Below, piece by piece: positions 10,116 through 16,919 of a stretch of 38,619 nucleotides of DNA; the first letter of the stretch is position 1, and every line of letters starts with the position of its first letter. Location: IMG/VR virus record IMGVR_UViG_3300020045_004115, positions 1 to 38,619 of that record; one strand, written 5' to 3'. The position numbers and the translations under genes are program-made. The stretch comes from a virus (taxonomy: Duplodnaviria; Caudoviricetes). The notes beneath the pieces are model-generated. The model was not told where the DNA came from, ran no database searches, and saw nothing but the letters and a program-made list of their open reading frames with translations.

Positions 10116-10158
10116 TGGATAAGTGCTACTTGACACACTGTAACCACTGTGATATATT
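10114..10158 (+). promoter_or_regulatory. Strong sigma70 promoter, copy 1, with DnaA-like box
   Basis: AGTGGATAA (10114-10122), TTGACA (10130)-17 nt-TATATT (10153). Confidence 0.8.
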
Positions 10159-10164
10159 AGATTC

Positions 10165-10252
10165 ATCAGGACAGAAGCTCATAGAGTTTCTGAAAGCTGG
10201 ACGGGGTGGGAATAGGCTACGGCTTAATCCCTCCCCACGAAAGCCACTTGAT
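10165..10252 (+). ncRNA. Three-way-junction structured RNA starting at the predicted +1
   Basis: ATCAGG/CTTGAT closing stem, 9-bp hairpin 10172-10192, long hairpin 10203-10236 capped by a C(UACG)G tetraloop. Confidence 0.65.
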
Positions 10253-10263
10253 AACGAAACTAT

Positions 10264-10470
10264 ATGTCAAAATACGATAACTTAGCCCACCTACTCTTTG
10301 TAAGCATCCAAACCGCTTACAGAAACCAAGAGCCAAACTTCCCACAGCTAGTACAGTCGAAACTAGATTATCTCTGGGACACAATGAACTCGGATCCGAA
10401 AATGACTGAATCACTAAGAGACGCAGTCATCGAACGGTTCCAAACAAGATTAGAAATGTTCCAAGATTAA
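10264..10470 (+). CDS. Hypothetical protein
   Basis: First ORF after the promoter and RNA. Confidence 0.65.
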   Translation: MSKYDNLAHLLFVSIQTAYRNQEPNFPQLVQSKLDYLWDTMNSDPKMTESLRDAVIERFQTRLEMFQD

Positions 10471-10486
10471 AACTAACTCGTTCTTT

Positions 10487-10999
10487 ATGAAAAAAGCCCC
10501 CTTGTATCTCGAAAAGCCACGCGCTCGTAACGGAAAGTTCAAAAAGCCCATGACAGCCCTTGTAAGACGCTCAATCATCATCGGTAGTGTGATTGTACTC
10601 GGCTACCTACTTATCTGCCTTGTAGGTGCTCCTGTGGCCCCACAGCCTACATTCCGACAGGCTCATAACGTCAAGTTCTACGTTGAATCAGATAAAGCCC
10701 CTGTAACGATGTACACAAGCCGCGTAGAGGAAACTGATAATTCTCCATGTACCGCTGCATCGGGAAAGGATATTTGTAAACTCTACGCCACCGGTCAGAA
10801 TGTATGCGCCTCTAACGACTATCCAATCGGAACACGTTTGACAGTTGTCGGCCTCGGAGATTGTCTTGTGCTCGACCGGATGAACTCGCGCTACAATCGA
10901 ACGGGTGCAGTTGACTGGTATACCGGAATGGACTTACAGCGAGCTAGAAGCTACGGTAAACAGTTCATCGAAGTTAAACGCTATGTCTTATCAGATTAG
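10487..10999 (+). CDS. Membrane-anchored 3D-domain (MltA-related) protein
   Basis: TM helix, then VTMYTSRVEETDNSPCTAASG, CASNDYPIGT, VLDRMNSRY, VDWY. Confidence 0.75.
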   Translation: MKKAPLYLEKPRARNGKFKKPMTALVRRSIIIGSVIVLGYLLICLVGAPVAPQPTFRQAHNVKFYVESDKAPVTMYTSRVEETDNSPCTAASGKDICKLYATGQNVCASNDYPIGTRLTVVGLGDCLVLDRMNSRYNRTGAVDWYTGMDLQRARSYGKQFIEVKRYVLSD

Positions 11000-11198
11000 T
11001 TACAAGGGTATGATTTCCCTTAAAAAACTAGCTAAGAAATATAACTATACCTGTTGGATCTGTAAGTGGCAGTACGAACTAGAAGATTTATCAAGAGACC
11101 ATTTAATCCCTAAAAGTTTAGGAGGGAAAGGAACTTACGAGAACATACGCTTGGCGTGTAAGCCATGTAACCAAGGCAGAGGAAATAAAATATACTAA
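10983..11198 (+). CDS. Small HNH endonuclease
   Basis: CWIC...SRDHLIPKSLGG...NIRLACKPCNQGRGNK. Confidence 0.88.
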   Translation: MSYQISYKGMISLKKLAKKYNYTCWICKWQYELEDLSRDHLIPKSLGGKGTYENIRLACKPCNQGRGNKIY

Positions 11199-11203
11199 GC
11201 GAC

Positions 11204-11240
11204 TTATCCACTTGACACACTGTACACCCTGTGATATAGT
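11204..11240 (+). promoter_or_regulatory. Strong sigma70 promoter, copy 2, with abutting DnaA-like box
   Basis: TTATCCACT overlapping TTGACA (11212)-17 nt-TATAGT (11235); spacer nearly identical to copy 1. Confidence 0.8.
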
Positions 11241-11262
11241 ATATCCATCAAACAACAACCCT

Positions 11263-11442
11263 ATGGCAAATGATAAAACAATTCGCCCAGAACTCACGCT
11301 CGAAGACTTTGGCCCAGAGCCAGACGCACCATATTGCTTTGCTTGTGAGGAAGAAGGCCACGAATCAGACGAAGACGACCGCTGCTTGAAAGAGTACGAC
11401 GAGCAAGACCCATGTACACTCGCTAAAGAATCCGGCCTATGA
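11263..11442 (+). CDS. Small acidic protein with zinc-knuckle-like motif
   Basis: ATG 11263; CFACEEEGH-x7-C; 19 D/E in 59 aa. Confidence 0.65.
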   Translation: MANDKTIRPELTLEDFGPEPDAPYCFACEEEGHESDEDDRCLKEYDEQDPCTLAKESGL

Positions 11443-11591
11443 AAGAACAAACAGTAATCGAGGCAGCGAAAGAGTTATCAACACTCACCTATATCATGAC
11501 GACACTTAAATTACACTTATCAGAACAAGAGGTCGAAGCACTGAAAAGAATACATAAAAAACTACTGAATTATTACGAACTAACTGTATGA
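11439..11591 (+). CDS. Hypothetical protein (50 aa)
   Basis: Read by hand: MKEQTVIEAAKELSTL...YYELTV; ATGA overlaps on both sides. Confidence 0.6.
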   Translation: MKEQTVIEAAKELSTLTYIMTTLKLHLSEQEVEALKRIHKKLLNYYELTV

Positions 11592-11803
11592 TTGAACCCA
11601 ACAAGCACTACTCACTACGAGAACTCGCTGACGACAACACCTTTCCCGGAATCACAGGAGACACCGTGAAATATATCCGCTTTATCGGCACACAAGCTAC
11701 ACGAGGAAACTTCCTTGCCCGAGACCCAAAAGCAACTAAGATGAATGGCGAGCATCCGTTCAAAGGTTCAGACGTGCAAAGATTTATCGAAAACATTAAG
11801 TAG
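11588..11803 (+). CDS. Putative small DNA-binding protein (HTH/excisionase-like)
   Basis: KHYSLRELAD start and FKGSDVQRFIE end resemble winged-HTH/Xis-like proteins. Confidence 0.45.
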   Translation: MIEPNKHYSLRELADDNTFPGITGDTVKYIRFIGTQATRGNFLARDPKATKMNGEHPFKGSDVQRFIENIK

Positions 11804-11804
11804 T

Positions 11805-12392
11805 ATGAAGAACATCTATAAAGCACTCGCAGCATTTCAACAGTCTTGCCCTGTAATCCATAAAGACACATCAGGCTATGGATATACCTACGCAGATCTC
11901 CCAAAGATTTATTCCGTAATCATGCCTCTCTTAAAAGAGAACGGACTCGGGTTTACTCAAATCTTAAAGGATCGTGGAATCGAAACAACACTTTTCCATG
12001 TAGAAAGCGGCGAAACAATTACAGGCTACGCAGAAGTCCCTACAGACATCGAACTTGCAAAGATGAACGCTTATCAGGTAATGGGTTCTGCTTATACATA
12101 CTTCCGACGCTACGCACTTTCTTCAATGCTCGGAATCGTAACAGACAAGGATAATGATGCCGCCGGCGAGCAGGTTCCAACCCAGCGAACAAAAAAAGTA
12201 ATCTCGGACGACGTATCAAACGTATTTGAACAAGTAGACAAAGGGATTGATACTCTAGACGAAACTCAATTACGCGGGGCACTCGAAAAGTTAAACACCA
12301 CACCAAACCCTAAACTTACTAAGGAAGAAGTAAAAAAACTTATCTATAAAATTGAGGTCAAGCTAGGTATTGACCCAGACTTACACTTCTAA
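11805..12392 (+). CDS. erf: ERF-family single-strand annealing recombinase
   Basis: IYKALAAFQ, YGYTYADL, LFHVESGE, QVMGSAYTYFRRYALSSMLGIVTDKDND. Confidence 0.9.
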   Translation: MKNIYKALAAFQQSCPVIHKDTSGYGYTYADLPKIYSVIMPLLKENGLGFTQILKDRGIETTLFHVESGETITGYAEVPTDIELAKMNAYQVMGSAYTYFRRYALSSMLGIVTDKDNDAAGEQVPTQRTKKVISDDVSNVFEQVDKGIDTLDETQLRGALEKLNTTPNPKLTKEEVKKLIYKIEVKLGIDPDLHF

Positions 12393-12393
12393 T

Positions 12394-12600
12394 ATGCGCC
12401 GATTCAACATCAACTCAAAGAAAACTTACACAAAGGACGGAGTAGAAAAAACAGTTTGGCTCCCTGTAGGAACTCTAACAGAATTTAAGGACGGGGAGTT
12501 CGGGATTGAACTAAACTTTCTCCCAGATACTAAACTCTATACCTTTGAACAAAAGCCAAAAGAACAAGGAACTCAAAACTCATCAGACCTACCTTTCTAA
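12394..12600 (+). CDS. Small SSB-like protein
   Basis: YTKDGVEKTVWLPVG beta-rich core, DLPF tail, next to ERF. Confidence 0.65.
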   Translation: MRRFNINSKKTYTKDGVEKTVWLPVGTLTEFKDGEFGIELNFLPDTKLYTFEQKPKEQGTQNSSDLPF

Positions 12601-12606
12601 ACCACT

Positions 12607-12852
12607 ATGCAGCCTCGCTCTTTACTTAAACTCTCATGTGCTCAAATCGCTTATAACCTAGTCAAATATAACAAGTATCTAAGCCTCGACGATATTCACG
12701 AGTTAGCAAAAGAACTGAAAATTAAGGAGAGAACGATTGAACGCAGATTGAATAAGAGCGAGGCCCCAACGTGGATCGAAACCCTGTACAAGAAAGGTCA
12801 GATAATCGGCTACAAGTATTCTAAGAAACGAACTAAGAAAGTAATTTGCTGA
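12607..12852 (+). CDS. Basic protein, possible winged-helix
   Basis: LAKELKIKERTIERRL helix-turn-helix-like pattern. Confidence 0.5.
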   Translation: MQPRSLLKLSCAQIAYNLVKYNKYLSLDDIHELAKELKIKERTIERRLNKSEAPTWIETLYKKGQIIGYKYSKKRTKKVIC

Positions 12853-12853
12853 T

Positions 12854-13216
12854 ATGGAGCTGGATAAAAACACTACGGACTGCCTAGCAGAGATAGAAAA
12901 GATTAGAGGTGAAATAGCCCAGTCCCGTGGTGTACTCCTCCCAAATCGCACTGTAGAGGTTCTAGGGCTACTTGCAAACTACTTCTACAAGTTCTCAGAA
13001 CTACACGGAAAGCATAAAGCAATGCGTAACCACTTCTTCGCCGCTTATCTCCAACAAGACATGTCTATCGGAAAAGCAGAAGGCCTTGCTAAAGGAACAG
13101 AGGAGGGACAAAAGGAAGTGTACTTTGAAAACATCGCTGCCGGACTTCAAGAGATAATCCAAGCCCAAAAGAAAATGCTTGACCATTTTAACAACCAAGC
13201 TAAAAACCTTACCTAG
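12854..13216 (+). CDS. Helical hypothetical protein (possibly UvsY-like mediator)
   Basis: All-helical pattern within the recombination module; function is a guess. Confidence 0.5.
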   Translation: MELDKNTTDCLAEIEKIRGEIAQSRGVLLPNRTVEVLGLLANYFYKFSELHGKHKAMRNHFFAAYLQQDMSIGKAEGLAKGTEEGQKEVYFENIAAGLQEIIQAQKKMLDHFNNQAKNLT

Positions 13217-13217
13217 T

Positions 13218-13640
13218 ATGCCACCCATTACAAAGTCAATGCAGACAGGTGGAAAGAAGAAAGTAAAGAAAAAGCCCTTACCGTCTATCTCAAAGCTTAA
13301 AAGGTTAGCTGACGCGGTTTTCTCTAAGTGGATCCGAAATAGAGACTCGATAGGAGGCTATAACTGGTGCGTGACGTGCGGAAAGAAAGCCTTGATAAGC
13401 GAACTTCAGAACGGACATTATTGGAGCAGAATGCACATGGGGACTAGATACCACGAAAAGAACTGCCACCCACAGTGTGTCGGAGACAACATGTTCAAAG
13501 AGGGTGCAAAGCCTGAATATACGCTCTTTCTTTTAAGAAAATATGGAGATGGAATTTTACAAGAACTCGAAAGAGAAAAAGAAAAGCTAACTAAGTTTTC
13601 AAGACAAGATTATTTGAACATTATCTCTAAGTACCAATAA
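13218..13640 (+). CDS. ninG: NinG/Rap-family recombination endonuclease
   Basis: ADAVFSKWIRNRD, CVTCG, GHYWSR, TRYHEKNCHPQC...N. Confidence 0.88.
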   Translation: MPPITKSMQTGGKKKVKKKPLPSISKLKRLADAVFSKWIRNRDSIGGYNWCVTCGKKALISELQNGHYWSRMHMGTRYHEKNCHPQCVGDNMFKEGAKPEYTLFLLRKYGDGILQELEREKEKLTKFSRQDYLNIISKYQ

Positions 13641-13641
13641 T

Positions 13642-14112
13642 ATGATGTATAGCACAACAATCGACAAGGACCTACCAGGAAAAATAATAAAGCAGATTTT
13701 CTTCAATGAAAATTATCTACGGTTCGTTACTAACGATAAAACATTCACCTATGGAGTTGATGGTGATTGCTGCTCAACGTCCTACTTCTATGACTTCCAT
13801 GGGGTCAAAAAACTCCTTGCGGGGAATCCTGTTACAGAAGTAAAAGAGTGTGAACTTGAGCCAAGTGACATTGTTGAAAAAAAAGACCCTAACTACGGTT
13901 GGACTTCGTTCACAGATAAAAAATCAACTGATGATTCAATAAGTGTATACGGATTTCAAATCACAACACTTGACCCTGAGTTTGGCGAAGTAACCTCTGT
14001 ATTCTCGTTCCGTAATTACAGCAATGGATATTATGGTGGTGAACTTATCAACTCAAACAACCAAGAATTTATCTCACCTGAGATTTTCGATGATGTATTA
14101 GAAACAGAATAA
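13642..14112 (+). CDS. Conserved phage protein with DCC...SNGYYGG motif (DUF7448-like)
   Basis: GDCCSTSYF and RNYSNGYYGG motifs recalled from a widespread phage family. Confidence 0.6.
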   Translation: MMYSTTIDKDLPGKIIKQIFFNENYLRFVTNDKTFTYGVDGDCCSTSYFYDFHGVKKLLAGNPVTEVKECELEPSDIVEKKDPNYGWTSFTDKKSTDDSISVYGFQITTLDPEFGEVTSVFSFRNYSNGYYGGELINSNNQEFISPEIFDDVLETE

Positions 14113-14196
14113 TATGACCTACTCCTACGCAGAACTTAAAGGAAAAATAAAAGTCGGAATGAAAGTGGAGCGAGATATTATTGAGGGGAAATAAAT

Positions 14197-14352
14197 ATGA
14201 AAATCTTTCTAACACTTATTCTAACATCAGCAGCTTGGGCAACTGGATTATCACTTTGGTTCCACAGTATTGACGGCCTAATAGCAACATTTGGCTGCAC
14301 ATCTTTTATAGTTATATTTTCACTAATGGCTTCTAGTAGTTACAGCGAATAA
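14197..14352 (+). CDS. Small two-TM membrane protein
   Basis: Read by hand: MKIFLTLILTSAAWATGLSLWF...FIVIFSLMASSSYSE. Confidence 0.55.
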   Translation: MKIFLTLILTSAAWATGLSLWFHSIDGLIATFGCTSFIVIFSLMASSSYSE

Positions 14353-14355
14353 CCT

Positions 14356-14640
14356 ATGACAACCTACCTCTGGGCAATCGACACACCATGGGCTAAGAAA
14401 GGGGAGGAATATAAACCAGCACCGCCAGATTTTACTATAACTCGCTATAGAACTGATGAAGATCCAGAAATGTTTTTATTACAAACCAGCACACTCCTTT
14501 CCCTCGGCTGGATTAAACCCGTTGAAGATAAAAAACTAACGGAGGAGGAAATCTTGGGTGCGATAACAGACTTAAAAATACGCGTTAAGGCTTTAGAGAA
14601 ACGAACCTACGAAGACCCAGCAGCCGCTAAACATTGCTAA
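14356..14640 (+). CDS. Hypothetical protein
   Basis: ORF track. Confidence 0.6.
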   Translation: MTTYLWAIDTPWAKKGEEYKPAPPDFTITRYRTDEDPEMFLLQTSTLLSLGWIKPVEDKKLTEEEILGAITDLKIRVKALEKRTYEDPAAAKHC

Positions 14641-14667
14641 GTTCCTAGCTGAACATCTTAAATAAAT

Positions 14668-14877
14668 ATGCTTAAACAATTCCTCGCTAAACACTTCGGA
14701 CTTGTGGAGCTGAATGAAGCAGAGAAGAAGTTGATATTCGACCGCTATCAAAAAGAAATTAACTTTAACATTGAAAGGAATACCGAAGCACTAGACTTCT
14801 ATGTAAAACACTTCTGCTCCCGTCTCACAGCTCTCGGGATACCGTTTACCTATAATAAGAGAACTGGAATAAAGTGA
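14668..14877 (+). CDS. Hypothetical protein
   Basis: ORF track. Confidence 0.6.
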   Translation: MLKQFLAKHFGLVELNEAEKKLIFDRYQKEINFNIERNTEALDFYVKHFCSRLTALGIPFTYNKRTGIK

Positions 14878-14878
14878 T

Positions 14879-15115
14879 ATGCTAAAAAATAAAATCGACG
14901 AGCTTATTGAGAGCCTTGCCTTTACACTAGCAATGTCAGAAGATGAAATTAGAGTGCTCCGTGCAGCGTTTGAGGATATTGTGAGAGAGGCTGTTGGGGA
15001 GATGGTAGGGAAAATTCAAAGCACCGATTGGAACACTTTGCGTCACATTGGCTATAACGACCGTATCGAAGAAGAAGAAGCTAAAGCCGAAGAAATACTT
15101 AATCAGTTGAAATAG
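14879..15115 (+). CDS. Hypothetical protein
   Basis: ORF track; 1-nt spacer after the previous stop. Confidence 0.6.
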   Translation: MLKNKIDELIESLAFTLAMSEDEIRVLRAAFEDIVREAVGEMVGKIQSTDWNTLRHIGYNDRIEEEEAKAEEILNQLK

Positions 15116-15117
15116 GT

Positions 15118-15291
15118 ATGCCAAAAATATACTGTGGGGTGTGTAAGGAGATAACAGGTCACACAGACGACCGTGTCTGTCTATGGTGTGGGGAGTCAGA
15201 GTATAATAGCTTTATCCGTAGCGGGCTTGCTGCTGGGTTTACAGACGACCAAATAAACTTTCTTGAAGAGTGGATATTAAAAAAACTATGA
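15118..15291 (+). CDS. Small zinc-ribbon protein (57 aa)
   Basis: Read by hand: MPKIYCGVCKEITGHTDDRVCLWCG... Confidence 0.6.
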   Translation: MPKIYCGVCKEITGHTDDRVCLWCGESEYNSFIRSGLAAGFTDDQINFLEEWILKKL

Positions 15292-15455
15292 CAACAGAAG
15301 AAATGATGGATCGCCAGTTTGTCCCCGACACCATCGAAGTCCCTGTAGAGTGGTTGAAAAAGTTGATTGAACTTGTTGAAACTGACGCAATGGACATAAC
15401 AGTTTCATTGGATTTATTAACGCACATCGACTTAATCAGAGAGAAACTAAAATAA
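15288..15455 (+). CDS. Hypothetical protein
   Basis: ATGA overlap at 15288. Confidence 0.55.
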   Translation: MTTEEMMDRQFVPDTIEVPVEWLKKLIELVETDAMDITVSLDLLTHIDLIREKLK

Positions 15456-15457
15456 CT

Positions 15458-15610
15458 ATGCTCAAATATATCTTGATGTGCGTTCCGTTTGCAGCTATGT
15501 TCTGTCTTGAGATTTATAAAGATAATCTGTATGCAATAGCTTTACTGGCTTGGGCATCAGCAATTTTGTTTATTGTTGGCCTTTTAGGGATTATCAGTCT
15601 TAGAAAATAA
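15458..15610 (+). CDS. Small two-TM membrane protein
   Basis: Read by hand: MLKYILMCVPFAAMFCL...AILFIVGLLGIISLRK. Confidence 0.55.
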   Translation: MLKYILMCVPFAAMFCLEIYKDNLYAIALLAWASAILFIVGLLGIISLRK

Positions 15611-15614
15611 AGTG

Positions 15615-15750
15615 TATAATAAAGTCCTAAGCCTCAGCTTGGGGCTTCCCTTGAGTAGTGGTTGAATAAACCCGTTCGGCTATCCTGTGCTCTTCCTTTG
15701 TGTGGACTACCTGTAAGCCGAAGACCGCTGTACCGAGTGATTAAACACTC
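15615..15750 (+). ncRNA. TATAAT followed by a structured RNA leader
   Basis: Hairpin 15622-15647; nested stems TAGTGGTT/GACCGCTG and TTCGGCT/AGCCGAA; hairpin GAGTG/CACTC. Confidence 0.6.
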
Positions 15751-15765
15751 ACTAATCCATTTTTT

Positions 15766-15954
15766 ATGCCAACGTTACAATACGTTCAGCCAACAGACGA
15801 ACAAAAAGAGCTCATGCAGTTATTTCGTGATAAGTATGAAGCACTCTATAAAGAAGTTTCTGCTTTAGAAAGAACCCGCGGTCTTTCTCTCGCCCTAACA
15901 AAGCTCGAAGAAAGTGCAATGTGGCTCAACAAGTCAATTACAAAAAACGATTAG
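15766..15954 (+). CDS. Acb2/Tad1-like helical hairpin protein (putative nucleotide-signal sponge)
   Basis: RGLSLALTKLEESAMWLNKSI resembles the Tad1 segment RENACALTHVEEALMWMN. Confidence 0.7.
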   Translation: MPTLQYVQPTDEQKELMQLFRDKYEALYKEVSALERTRGLSLALTKLEESAMWLNKSITKND

Positions 15955-15995
15955 TCGTCTCCTCGTGCGCCCTTACAGGCGCATACAGGAGGTGA
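15955..15995 (+). promoter_or_regulatory. Hairpin sequestering a strong Shine-Dalgarno
   Basis: TCGTCTCCT pairs AGGAGGTGA; inner TGCGCC/GGCGCA stem with loop CTTACA. Confidence 0.75.
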
Positions 15996-15997
15996 TT

Positions 15998-16192
15998 ATG
16001 AAAAGCGTCAAGTTCTACCAGACCTATTGTCGCAGCTGCAAGAAAGTCGTCTTGTTTGCTCCAACGGGCAAAATGGGACGGACTATCTCCAACAAAACAG
16101 GCGAGTGGTATGATTGCTGCAACAACTGTAAGCACTCGATACTGCTCATCAAGAAAGATGACGGCGTTCATGTCGTCGAAGCGGAGGATTAG
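15998..16192 (+). CDS. Zinc-ribbon protein A
   Basis: AGGAGGT SD; CRSC...F..TGK..R...CNNCKH. Confidence 0.7.
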   Translation: MKSVKFYQTYCRSCKKVVLFAPTGKMGRTISNKTGEWYDCCNNCKHSILLIKKDDGVHVVEAED

Positions 16193-16432
16193 ATGTCACG
16201 AATCGTCTGCTGCTGCTCTAGGCTCGTTGAAACTATCAACGACGGTCGCAACCTTGAATTCACCGCTGACTGTGAGGAATGCCTGCGCTCAGGTGGAAAC
16301 TTTGCCAAGAGCTCGGCGTGGAAAGAACCCGACCACGATATCCCGCAGCTCCAAAAACTCGGCTCTCGAACTTCTCAAGCTGACGAACTGCAAGAGAAGT
16401 ACCCGAGCAAAAAGCAAAAGGGGCGCAAATGA
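16193..16432 (+). CDS. Cys-rich hypothetical protein
   Basis: GGAGG SD; CCC and CEEC motifs. Confidence 0.65.
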   Translation: MSRIVCCCSRLVETINDGRNLEFTADCEECLRSGGNFAKSSAWKEPDHDIPQLQKLGSRTSQADELQEKYPSKKQKGRK

Positions 16433-16704
16433 AGAGCACCAACCGACACCACATCTTTTGCAAGTCGCGCGGTGGCCACGACCAAGACAACATCGTTAGT
16501 CTCCCTGCCTCATGGCATCTCGCATGGCATGTGTGCTTCGACAATCTGACCGTAGAAGAAGCCCACCGGCTGATTGATCTCGTCATGATTGCAGGCAAAG
16601 AGTTCTCAGGCCAAGACATCGAGAACATGCGCCAGAAGCTCAAAGAGCCCATGAGCGACGAAGAGGTGATGCTGACCTACTTGTCGAAAGTGGAGGGGTC
16701 ATGA
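16429..16704 (+). CDS. Minimal HNH-like protein
   Basis: RHHIFCKSRGG...NI.....WHLAWH..F.N. Confidence 0.65.
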   Translation: MKSTNRHHIFCKSRGGHDQDNIVSLPASWHLAWHVCFDNLTVEEAHRLIDLVMIAGKEFSGQDIENMRQKLKEPMSDEEVMLTYLSKVEGS

Positions 16705-16874
16705 AAGACAATCTCCCACAGTTCAAGTACGGATGCGCCAAGTGCAACCGGAGCCGCATGTTTGTCTGGACAGGCAAGTTCTCTCGCAATGGTGGTGAAA
16801 CCATCATGCTGTTCGCTTGCGAGATCTGCAAACACGAAGTCGGCCTGCAAGTGGAGCTCGAAGACATCAACTAA
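16701..16874 (+). CDS. Zinc-ribbon protein B, paralog of 15998..16192
   Basis: Not in the ORF track; GGAGG SD; MKDNLPQFKYGCAKCNRSRMFVWTGKFSRNGGETIMLFACEICKHEVGLQVELEDIN. Confidence 0.7.
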   Translation: MKDNLPQFKYGCAKCNRSRMFVWTGKFSRNGGETIMLFACEICKHEVGLQVELEDIN

Positions 16875-16919
16875 CCGACGAAGCCCCCACGTCGTAAAAA
16901 TGGGGGCGCTATTTATCCT

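Noticed and set aside
10165-10252. tRNA or tmRNA
   Set aside because: No TTCRA T-loop, D-loop or 7-nt anticodon arm.
14114-14194. 26-aa ORF MTYSYAELKGKIKVGMKVERDIIEGK
   Set aside because: Spacing fits a gene or remnant, but it is too short to assign.
16056-16652. Overlapping ORFs 16056..16499 (+) and 16260..16652 (-)
   Set aside because: Shadow frames in GC-rich DNA; the SD-led coupled ORFs explain the region.
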